Shown here: piece by piece, positions 13,401-25,400 of the stretch | Numbering within the stretch: the stretch's first letter is position 1 | Layout: the number at the start of each line of letters is the position of its first letter | NCBI GenBank assembly: GCA_964493115.1 | Contig: CAZBNF010000001.1 | Location: 1,786 to 65,785, forward strand | Direction of reading: 5' to 3' | DNA from: an uncultured Planctomycetia bacterium | Lineage (GTDB): Bacteria > Omnitrophota > Gorgyraeia > JABMRG01 | Length of the DNA stretch: 64,000 nt | The notes under the pieces: model-generated | The model's input: the letters and a program-made list of their open reading frames with translations, nothing else | Told to the model about the DNA's origin: nothing | Databases searched by the model: none | Position numbers and translations under genes: made by a program

Positions 13401-16400
13401 TGCTGCTTGTTTTATTTTTGAATTAGGGTGTTCTAAAGCTGCATCAATTAATTCAAGGGCAATGCCTTTTGGTAAAAGAGCAAAACCATATATACCATGG
13501 ATCTGCTTATCTGGATTAGTAAGATTAGAAAAAATATGGATTAAATATTTTTCCCGAAGTTCTTTGGGAAAGCCTAAGGTTAAATCAACAAACTTAGCGG
13601 CTAACTTCTGTGAGGCTATATCCATGCCTTCGCTTTTTCCCTGGCTAATTAGCTCATTAAAACTTACGCCTTCCCCTAAAAGCTCTCTTTCCTCTTCAAC
13701 GCTAATCGCCTCAAGCCCCCCAATACCAGACTGGACTGCCTGGGTAAAAATTGGCCCTAGTATTTCTTTATAAAATATATCCTTATCCCCTGAAATATGT
13801 TCTTTTGTTCTGGCAGCTGACCCATATAATCTGTCACAATATATATATATAGCGCCATCAAAAATAGCTCTATTTATTCCCCAATACCAAATATTATGAG
13901 GATCTGTCTTGATTTGTTCAAAAAATGCTATGGATTGCATGGTTTTTTCTATACCAGACTGTAATTCCTTCTTATATTCTTCTATCTTCTGAGGATCGCT
14001 TATCTTTGTTATCTCTTCTTTTATCTTAATTATCCGGGATGCTAGCTTTTGCTTATTGTCAGCATTTTTTTCTCTTTGTAGCAGACCTTCTAACGGGTTT
14101 AATTTTACTTCTTTGAGTTTTTCTATATATTCTTGTTTTTTTACAGGATCGGATATCATGGTTAATATTTCTCGTTTTTCATTTAATTGCTGCCTGTTAT
14201 CCTCAACTGATTTCGCAATAACTCCTTCACCAATCTGCATAACTAGATTTCTAATAAACTCAGCCCAATCCTTTAGGTCTCTAAGGCTAAAGTTATAATC
14301 TTCAGCATTTCCAGATAAAGCAAGCCTATTAAATCTATTCTCTCTGATCTTATTCAAAATAGACATATGGACTGAAGCCATAACTTCTATTATAGTATCC
14401 AAAGATTTGCCTTGAATAGGCGGTCCTTTAAATAAACCTTCTTTGGCCAAATAAAAACGTATAATTTCTTTTAATTCTTCGGGGGAAAAATCCCCGCTAA
14501 ACCATTTTTCAATAAATTTATTTTTCATTGCTAAAGACAGCCTATTTCTACCAGCATAATGCTCTGGATTCATAGCAGCAAATAGCCTGAAATTTTCATG
14601 AATACGGCGTAAATTAGCCATATTTTCACCATTAGCTTTTTTTTCATCATAAACATAACCAGGAATCCAGACTTCCCCTTTATGCTCAGTCACTACTAAT
14701 GAACCATCATCATCTAAAAGTGAATTTATGCGCTCTAAAATCTCAGGTTCTGCTAAATTAAACTCATCAAGAAGAAGCCAGTACCCTTCTTTCATTGCCC
14801 TAATCAGATCTCCATCCTGCCACAGAAACTCGGAAGTCCCCTCTTTGGGGATATTTTTACCGATTAAATCTCCAATATCGGTTTGACTATCAAGGTTAAG
14901 ACGAATAAAATTATTCTTTGTTAAATAAGCAATGTTTGTAAGCGAAGCTGTTTTTGCACTTCCTGTCGGGCCCACCAGAAGAAGGTTTTCTTTCATTTCA
15001 ATCGACCTGGCTAAATTTCTTAAATTTTTCTTCGTAGCAGGAATGGGGGCCAACTCTGCTTTGCTGGTAGGGATAAACAAGCCACCCTTCTTATTAATAG
15101 GTAAAGCAACGTCTCCAAAATACACTTTATTTTTAGGCTCATCTATTTTTATCTCTGTGTCAACCTGCGGAGGTTCGCATCCAAATACTTGTTCTTTTCT
15201 AAGCAGGCCCTTAAACAATCTTTGATCTGCTTCTGATTTCAGGCTATCGCCATAAACTTCCTGCGCCTCAAGAGCAAGCTGTTTGTTGATAATTTCAGGG
15301 GAAGGGATATTGCTAAGCCTAGATAGCCATTGCTGGATACGTAAAGCAAGCCTAAAGAATTGCCTAATTGTAAAATAATAAGGCTGGCCAATTTCCTTGC
15401 CTAATTCTCCTTCCTTACCAGAAATACCGGCTAGCTCAGCGTAGAAATTGGAAAGCCTGTTAATTATATCATCGTTTAAATGATATTTTTTTCTTAAAAT
15501 TTCGCATATTTCATCTTGAGTAAAGTTTCGTATCCATTTAACCCTGAATTTATTCATTAAAGCAGGCGAAAGCTGTTTTCTACCCTCATATTCGGGAGGA
15601 TTCATTGTAGCAAAAATCCTGAAATTAGGATGTATTCTAAAAATACCCCTCGCAGACAGCTGAGTAATAGCCTGTTTAATCAGATTTTCTCTTGTGCCGG
15701 TATGGCTACCTGCATATTCGTTAACCAATTTATCATAATCTTTAGCTTGCAGCCATTGCTCTCCTTTATGTTCATTGATCTTTAAGTAGCCCTTTGGTTC
15801 AAGAAGATAACGAATACGTTCGATTACTTCTGGTTCAGCTAAATTAATCTCATCTAGAACGAGCCAGTGTCCTTTCTGCATTGACTCAATTAGAATGCCA
15901 TTGTACCATTCAAACTTAACCCCTTTCTGTTTATCAAGGCCCTTTTTATGAGCAATTGCCTCTGCAACATTGGCAACCAATTCCCATCTACGGGCGCTTA
16001 AGGCATCTTGTATTAGTTTTTTGGCTTTTGGAAAAGATATCTTGCCTCCAGTAATTAATCCTACTGATTCGGCCAATATCCGCTGCTCCTGTCTTGTCGA
16101 TGCTGCCACAGCTTGATTAATAATATCAATTGCGTCTTCCCGCGTTAAATATGTATGCGAAGGCTTAAAGCCTCCGATAAACTCCAGCTTATCAGTTTGA
16201 CCATTAAGGTTAAAGCGTCTAAAAGCATTTTTAGTTAAAAAAGCCAAATCTCTAACCAGGGATGTCTTGCCAACACCTGTTTCACCTATTAAAAGAACTG
16301 GGTCATTTAAATCTACTGCCAAGGCCACTTTTTCAAGATCCTCTATTGTCCTGGGTATAAGAACAAGTTCTGCCGACTGCCTGCTAGGTATATATTCGGA

Positions 16401-19400
16401 ATCAGTAGAAACATTTATTTTTATTTTCAGATCACCAATTGTTATATCTCTATCGTTTTTAACAATATTGTTTATAGCTTGTTCTTTAGACAAAAGCGCT
16501 AATAAATCAATTTTTCTACCCTCTTTATAATCTGCCAATTCAAGAACTTCTAAATCTAGACTCAAAGCATTTATATTATAATAAAATCTATCTTTATCTT
16601 TTTGGTTTTCCATGCGGTCAGCATAAACATAAACAGCACCTTTTATAAATGATGTGGCAGCCCCCCATTGGGTGTGAAAACGTTGATAAAATTTAGCCCA
16701 TTTATAGAGTTCCCTTAAAGTGAATTCATAAGGTTCGAGCTTGTTTTCTCCTATATTCCTTTTGTGAATATCTGCTACCATTTTTCTGTGAAACCTTACC
16801 ATAAGATTAGCTATTTTAGGCTCTATATCATATTTTGTTCCAAGATAAGAAGCTATTCTTTTCGAATGCAAATCTTGCCATAGAGATATTACTTTATCTC
16901 TTAACACAACCATTATTGCAGCGGATAAACCGTGCTGCAAATCCTTAGGGTAAAACTGCCTAATGTACTTAATCAGTAAATCTGGAATTTTCTCTATTCC
17001 ATAATTCTGGGCGTACGTTAAGATCTCATGGAATTTTCTATCATCGAGATCATTATCTGCTTTGAGCACAGAAAGAACTTCTTCTTGTTGGCTGGGTACG
17101 AAAGAAAGGAAACGCATTATTTCATGACGGAGAACGGTAAGCTCCTCTATCACAGGAGGGGCCCTCCGATTTAAGGATTCAACTAAAATATGCTGTAATT
17201 CATGCTCTATTTCCATAAATAACAAATAGTAAGATTTAAAAGCATCTTTATCAATTATAATTTCGTGAGTATTCTTGTCCAAATGCATAAGGCGGTCATT
17301 GCCTGTAACAATTTTGATTTTGGTTATTTTTTGAATTGCCTGTAAATTTCCCGACGCGGCTAATTCAGATAAAACTTTTTCCAGCATTCCCTTTTCTTTA
17401 GAGGTAATTAAGTCCTTGTAGTTGGAATTTATTCGTAATTCTATATTCAATCCGCTTCTAATAAATGCTTCTGCAATAATCATAGGTTTTTGGTTTAAGC
17501 CAACATGCCTTAATATGGATGACGCTTTCCTTTTAGTTTTCTGTTCTCTTATATATTTAATAAATCCAAATAAGCCCCCAATACCCACCAAGATTATAAG
17601 ATATGACGGGGCTAATACTCTCGCCCATTTTTTTATTTCAGGCCATGTAACATAATTGAAGTGGAGGTTTTGATGAGTCTTTTGCGCTTCCAGATAATCT
17701 ATTTTCCATAAAACTGCTTTAGCCAAGCCGCTTAATTCTAGATCGGACTTATCCCAAATAGAATTAGTAAGCGCTCTTTTTGAAGGAGCGCCTATTCTAA
17801 CAAGAACATTAAGAAGAGCCTGCCTTGTTAAGGGGTTTTCATTACGTAAATTTGCAACCAATTCATCACAAGCAGGCTTACCTATACTTACTAAGGCCTC
17901 TGCTGATAGTTGTCTTGTCAGGACATCTTTGCTTTCCAAACCAACAATAAGGGCTCTAACTCCTTGCGTATCCAGCATCTTTATAGCGTTTAAAGCATGG
18001 GCCCGTTCAGTTTCCGGAGATTCTTGAGAAGCTAACACTCTTACTAATCTATAGACAATTTGCGAGTTGGACTTTTCTTTTAACTCTGCAATCGCGGTTT
18101 TTCTAATATTTTCACCATGATGTAGAATTCTCTGCAAAAATCTGTCTATGTACACATTATCAAGAGCAATTATCTCTTCAATTGCCTTGGCAGTAGTTAA
18201 CCTAACATATTCATCAGGATCATTTAGAGCCTTATTTAAAAATATTTGTATGTTTGGAGGTGAAAGCCTGCCCAAAGAAAAAACCGTTTGCCTGCGTACA
18301 TAAGGATTCGGATCATCTAAATAAGGCGTTAGCGAATTAATAATCTCCTGAGAATAGCTAAAATTACCTAAAATATTTGCAGCAACCGCCCTAACCCGCC
18401 AATCAGAATCTCTTAAACTTGCGGCTATCCTATGAGCAACTAAATTTCGAAATTGATAATTAAGAGAGGCTCTTTCCAAGCTAACTATTGCTGCTTTGCG
18501 CACAAATAGATCATCATCCTGCAGGCGTTCCATCAACGGGCCAATGGATTGCGCAGTATCAAAGCCTCCATTAGAGCCCAAAGCCTGAACCGCAGCCTTA
18601 CGCACTCGTACTGATTTATCATTGGTAATGCCGATAAGCGGGCCCACGGCTTGCTTGTCCGTCATTTGAGCTAATGCAATAGCTGCTCTCCAGCGAACAT
18701 CTTCGTTTTGGTTCTGTAAAGCCGGAATAAGCAAATTAATTGATGCGTCAGGGTTGTTGATATCCAACAAGGCGTTTAAAGCGCCTTCTCTTACCGTGTA
18801 AGCATCAGAGCCAAAAGCTTGAATTAAAGAAGGAATTGCAGGAACGCCTATCCTGGTAAGCAATTCTACCGATTGTTTTCTTGCAGAAGGATTCCAATGG
18901 TTTAACCTCTCCACAAGAGGGCTCACTGCTTCGGGGCCGATTTTCGCTAAAATATTTTGCGCTTCTTCTCCAGTTTTTTCATGATCAGAAATCCGAAGAA
19001 GCGGCATAGCAGCAGGCCGGCCTATTTGGACAAGCGCTTCTTCGACAATGCTTCTTTTTATCTCGAGATTACGAGAACCATAATAAGGACGATTATGTTC
19101 AGCTTTTAAAGGATAGATTAGATGCTCGCCTGATATAGTGCTGTTTTTTAAAATTCTAATAATGGGCCTTACCGCTTTTTCTGCCCGTAATCTGCCCAAA
19201 GTTTGTATTGAGATATTTACTATATCGCTCTCTCTGTCATCCAGCCTTTCTATAAACGGTTTGATTATATCAGGGCTATTACTTCTTGCTAAAACCATTG
19301 CTGCTGTGCGGCACACCTCATCGTCGTTGTCTTGCAGTGCTTTAAGCAGTATGGGTGTAGGATCAGCCCCGCTTATATGTATTATCGCCTCAACAACTAC

Positions 19401-22400
19401 TTGAATGTCAAAATCTTTATCATAACGACCTTTTGCCATTAATAGCAATGGCTCTACAGCCCTGCTGTCATTCAGTTGAGTTAGTGCGTCAATGGCTATT
19501 TTCCAATTTATGCGCCTATTTTGCATGGCATTTATAATCGGTTCAACCGCTGCTTTATCACCTATTATTCCTAGAATTTTAGCTGCAAAGTCAGCCCTGT
19601 TAAGCCCATCCCTTCTATAAGTATGGTGTCGGCTCGGGCCATCTAATGCACTGATCAGAAAACTTACCGCTGGTTTTCCCATATTTACCAGTGCGTTTTC
19701 ATCATAGTTATCTATAGATCTTAATATGCTGGCTTCTTGAGAATCTGTCTTGACACGCGCTAGAGCCTTTACAGCGTGCTCCCTTATTTCCCAATCGCTA
19801 TCGCTGGATGCCCTCATTAAAAAATCTACTGCTTGAGGGTTATTTAATTCAGAAACAATCTCCACAGCCCTTCGCCTAACACTTGGATTATCATTAGAAA
19901 GAACCTTGGATGCTGCTTGCATTACCTGCTGAGGATGATCTTTGCCAATTCTAACTAAAGCTGCCTTTGCAGTATCTTGATATTGAGAGTTATTAATATC
20001 ACGTAACATATCCGCCAAACTAGATAACGCAGGTCTTCCTATTCGCACAAACGCATCTGTAACTTTGCTTTGAAGTTCTGAATTCAGGCCTAGTATTTTC
20101 TTTAACAATTCAGTATCTGTAGTATTTTCTATAACACCTAACCTGTTCAATGAAGCAACGGCTGCGCGTCTTACCTCATAAGAACTATCGTTTAATGCTT
20201 CGATTAAAGGCTTAATAGCCTGGCTGTCGCCGCAAATGCCCAAAGCCTCAGCAGCAGCTTCTCTTATAGATGTTTCTCTGTCCGATAAGGCCTCAATAAG
20301 TGAAATGATTATTTTCTGATCCCGCGAACCCCGCTGTTTATGCTCCGTCAACCCTTTTATGGCTGTAATTCTATTCGCTGATTCTTTACTAGAAAAATAA
20401 ACAGCGGTTTTATAGCCTATGAAACCAGAAATGCCCGAAAATGCTATAACTAAAAATAAGGCTACACCACTTACGGGGCGTGATAATTTCTTTTTTATAA
20501 TATATCTCACTGTAGCAAAAAGTGACAAGAAGCCAAGGAACCCAAATGTTACCCACATGGTTGTTATAGATATGTTGTTCAGTAACTTTGCAAGTTCGTT
20601 TACAGATGGGCTGGATTTTTTTAATAGTTCTTCATGCATACCAATGCTATAGAGTAAATAAAAGCAGTAAACCATGAAAAAAACACTAGCAGCTGTTATT
20701 TCTTTACCTACTCTTTTCTCTTCTATTTGTCCTTTAATAAATTCTTCTGTTTTTTCAACCCCCTTTATAAATCCGCTTATAGGATAATAAATTAGGTATT
20801 TGCCAAAATAATAAGGCAGCAATACTGTATGCTTGATAGCTTTACCTATGCCCTTGCCTACGGCTTTAGAATTCTCAACACTTGCCTTAATAAGATAACC
20901 TGCTCCCACAATAGAGCCTAAACCAAGAATGCTAAGGCCTATCCATTTAAAAACCATGCCTGCCAACCGGCGCCGTTCGGCTTCCACGCGTTTACGTTCT
21001 GCCTGCTCCTGCTCTCGTTTAATTCTCTCTTCTTGGCGTTTACGCTCTTGCTCTATTCGGGCTGCTTCTGCTCGTTTTTGACGCTCTATTCGAGCTTTTT
21101 CTTCTTCGAGTCTTTGTTGCTCTGTTTTTTCAGGTGTTTCAACCGTCTGTTGGGGGATTGCCTGAGGCCTCTGCCTCACAGTAGGCAACTCTATCTTGGT
21201 TTCCTCCTCACTTGGCTGGGTGGTTCGCATAATATGTTCTTCTGGAACAGGCTGTTGTGCATGTATTTGCGGCGTAAATCCTAACCAGGAAGAAACTATA
21301 ACTAACCCCATCAAAAACATTTTGGGGCCCTTAAACCAGCGTTTGGCCCTATCTAACATTCCTGATTTTGGTAATTTAGATTTACTGATAGCCTGATTTA
21401 TGTTTTGCTCTTCCTGGTTTACTCTTTCAAGGAGATTTTTTAATTCTTTGATAATTTCACTCTCCGGGCGCCTCGCTGTCTTGCTAATTCTATCAATCTC
21501 ATATGATGAATTTAATACATCTTTAATTATTGCTCTTGTATCTTCAAAAGGCTGTGTAAGAATATAAACATCAACTTCTCCAACTAAAGAAATCCACCTC
21601 TCCCAGCTTGCTTTTGTCACAAGAAATCTTATCGCATCCCGCCCACCAGCCTCAGCGAGAGCGATTGTAATTGCTCTCATCAATTCTATCTTCAATCTTT
21701 CGTTCCCAATAATGCTAAGTGGATATTTATCAATTAATGTTTGAACAATGTAAGAACGCTTCTCCGTCTGCGTAGGGGTTGCTAACCCAGCCCCGATTTT
21801 GCCTAATGCTAAAATTGCTTCTAAACCAGTCTTACCTCCACTGATAGAATTTGTGAGAGGCGCAATAGCTTCTTCTGCACCGACAAATCCTAATGCGCGA
21901 ATTGCATTAACCTTTATGCTATCATCTGGGTCAAGACTGGTTAAAGATTTTAACAATATCGAAATTAGTTCGGGGTCTATTTGAATTTCCTTTATTCTAT
22001 CTATAAATTCAACCGGTGGTTGAGTTAATGCGCGTGACTCTGGAAACTTTTTATCAAACATATCAGTTCTATCTTTAAACTCGCATAAAAGCGAAATTAT
22101 TTCTACCTTAGGATTTCTTATCTTAAATTTAGCCAATTCCAGGGCAGATAGTCTCAGAAGATCCCAGTTAGATTCTTTGTCGTTTAAAATATCCAGCAAA
22201 GGTTGTTTAATAATCAGCTCTCTTGATATCTTAACTAACCTCTTTAATCTCTCGTTTTTGCTGGCAACGGCAAGCGTTGTGTCATTTTTGGTTTCTTCAA
22301 TTTTCTTATTTAATGCTTCTTTAACAATGTTTTCATCCATATCTTCTATACATTCAATTATAAAATTTATAATCTCTTTATCGGATTCTTCAAAAAAAGC

Positions 22401-25400
22401 AAGAATAAGCAGCTTAATTATGTCATTTGAACGCTCAAGGACTTTTGTTTTATTTTTATCTAAAATATATAGAATTAGTTCCGAGGCCTTAAGCCCTGCA
22501 GGGTCATTTATTTTCCTTAGGCTGCGGGCAATATGCTTTTTGACTATCCATAACGGATTTTCTAAGCAACGCATTAATTCTAAACCCCCAGCATTACCAA
22601 GTGCAGCCAAACTATCTTCAGCCTGTGTTTTTTTGGTGTCTACCTGGGTTTCTATTACATTGATTAATGGATCGATTGCTCGTAAATCTTTTGCTTTAGC
22701 CAAAGCGTGACCTACTATAAGAGGGTTTACATTTTTTCCTTCTCTCCAGCTATTTAAGAGATACTCTAAGGCCGGTTTTCCTAAAGCAACAAAAATATCT
22801 AACACTTCTGATTCAAAACGGTCGTAATCATGCCAAGGAATACTGCGCTCCTTTTCAATTAACAACCTAACTATGGGAAGACCAATTGCAATCAAGCTGT
22901 TTCTCGCAGCCAAACGTTTTTGCTCATTCTCGCTTACTAAACTATTAACAAACTCTTCTATTTCCTTCTGAGAAAACTTTATTTTAGTCTCTGTTCTTTC
23001 GTCCCTGGGAACTTCAGGCGCTTTCTCGATTTTTGCTTTTGAAATGGGCGGAGTAACTGCAGGCGGAGCCTTTTCTACTACTGGCGCTGTTTCAGCTTTT
23101 ACTTCAGAAACAGGCGGCTTAACTTGAAGAGCTGGGGACTTTACTTCAACTTCTGCCTTCTTTTCAATAACAGAAAGCACTTGCTGAGCCTTACTCGCCT
23201 GCGGCTCTTTGCCTAAGCGGGCAGCGTTTTGAAGGTATTTTATAGAGCCCCTGTCTTTCTTCCCTTTTTGATATGAATCTATTGCTTTAAGTACTCTATC
23301 TATAAAATCCTTATCTTCAGGGATACCATCTTTAATTGGCTGGACATAACTCATCCTGACAGCATTGCTTTTATGGTAAATTCTATCTAAAGTAAGTATA
23401 TCTGGTAACAGCCGAAGCGCATTGGGGTTATGGACACTATAGAATGCGTACTTAGCCCACTCCTGAACCTCTTCTGATTTGCTATATAAAGCATCTTTTA
23501 AAAATAGGAATCCTTCTTTATCTCCCAGTTGCATAAGAGCCCCCGCAAGAAGTATACATGCTTCGCTGGGACCATACCCCTCAAGGAGCTTATCTTTGCC
23601 TGCACTTTTTAGATATTCGCTGCTTTCTCTCGTAGCATATTTATCAAATACTTCTCTTATGCCCATTATCGCAGGGTCACCGATTGTATCGACAATATGC
23701 TGAAGAAGGCTTTTTAATGTTTTCGTACTATTTTCACGCACGCGACGCCACCCTGCGGGATCTTGCTGATATTGATGCTCAATTAGCGACGCAAATATTA
23801 ACCTCATCAAAGAATTTAAAGTACGGCTTATGCCTATAGGGCTGCCAAGAACACATAATAGGTGGGCAATTGAATTTAAAAAATCATCGCTATAGCTTAC
23901 TTTTCGGTTAATTGGTTTACCTTGAACATCATTATCTTTAATATAATAATAAGGATGGGCATATATTTCTTCAAGATATCGTATTGCAGAAAGCCTTATG
24001 TTTTCCAATTTTAATATATTTTCAATTACATCTCCACCAACACCATCTACATATAGTTGCATTAGCTCTCTTAAAACTGCACTATCGATTTCTTCTAACG
24101 ATTCCCAAATCTCTAAAACTTTTTGCATTTCTTCCGTGTTATAAAAACGCACCGCAGGATCTTCTAATCCGAGATCTTTAAGAGCTTTTTCTATAATAAC
24201 ACGTACATTTTTCGCACTAATAAGTTTTGGTTTTTCTTCAACAGGGGCTGTTGATTCTGGCTTAACTATTGGTTTGGTCGGAGCTTCTTCTACTACTGGC
24301 TCTGTTTCAGCTTTTACTTCAGGAACAGGCGGCTTAATTTTTTCAATAGGCCAGATTCTGGCAAAACCGCGCCAGGTCCAAGGATCTTTTCTTGGAAAAG
24401 AATCTAAAATTTCTTTATCCACGCCTATAGGCGCTAAACCCAGGCCTGCAAGCCTGCTTTGATAGGCAGTTTCTGAATCTGTCGGCACGATTTCAGATGC
24501 CTTATTCTCACGGCTAAGCGGTGGAAGTGTTGCGGTATATTCCCTTGCGTATTTTTTCTGAAAATACCCAACAAGCCCGCCATTAGGTGCATAAAAATTA
24601 GAAACAAAACCTAACCAGACTTGCTTAAATCCTGTATCTTGAGCGTATTTTGTTAAAGTCCCTATTATCTGTTCGCCAACGCCTGTAGATTCCTGAAGAT
24701 TATTAAAGGGGGGATTTTTCTCTCTCGGTTTAGGCATCGTATGAAATGGGCCTGCATCCTTAGAGGGCAGCTGCAAGGCATCGATAAGTAAAACAGCTTG
24801 ATTGTCTTTGTTTCTGGCAGCTGCTGTATAGACATTTCCTGCCCACTCCCACTGTCCTTGCGTAAGTTGTTTATACAATCTAAATTTTAAGAAACCCGGG
24901 CTGCGAATGTGGCCAAGAACATACTTTAAAAAAGGAGAACCATTGGCAAAGCCTGGGTCAGTACAATCCGCGCTGATATAACCCCCAATTAAATCTAAGA
25001 TATCACGCGGCGCTAAAACAAGCTTGTATTGACGGCCATTATAAGTAAAACCTAATCCGTTTTCTATAGAAGAGGGTGTTGCATCAAAAGATTCCTTTAA
25101 TCCGGCCTGCCTTTTAAACTGGTCGTAATCCTGCACAGAAAGCATATCCTCTTTTTTTATTCTTCCTCCTTGGGAAATGCTGCTGTAAAGGCTCTCTATT
25201 ATTCGGCTTAAAGAAGCGTCTTTTTTTGCCAGGTCAATTAACATTGCCTTAATTTCTGCTTTTGAGTCTTTAAAAGGATACAAGTTATTAAGCACAGCCC
25301 AAATATTCTGATCATGCTGGGGGATATTATCAAAGAGCTGGCTTATCATATATTCGGGAGTTCTTCTTCTGGCCTGTTCTTTCGCCTCTTCTTCTGTCAT

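Noticed and set aside
4452-16830. Eukaryotic contamination or a transferred midasin gene
   Set aside because: The ORF is intronless, has a bacterial promoter and SD, is contiguous with gyrA/dnaA, and has TM inserts and (AB)x3 symmetry unlike Mdn1.
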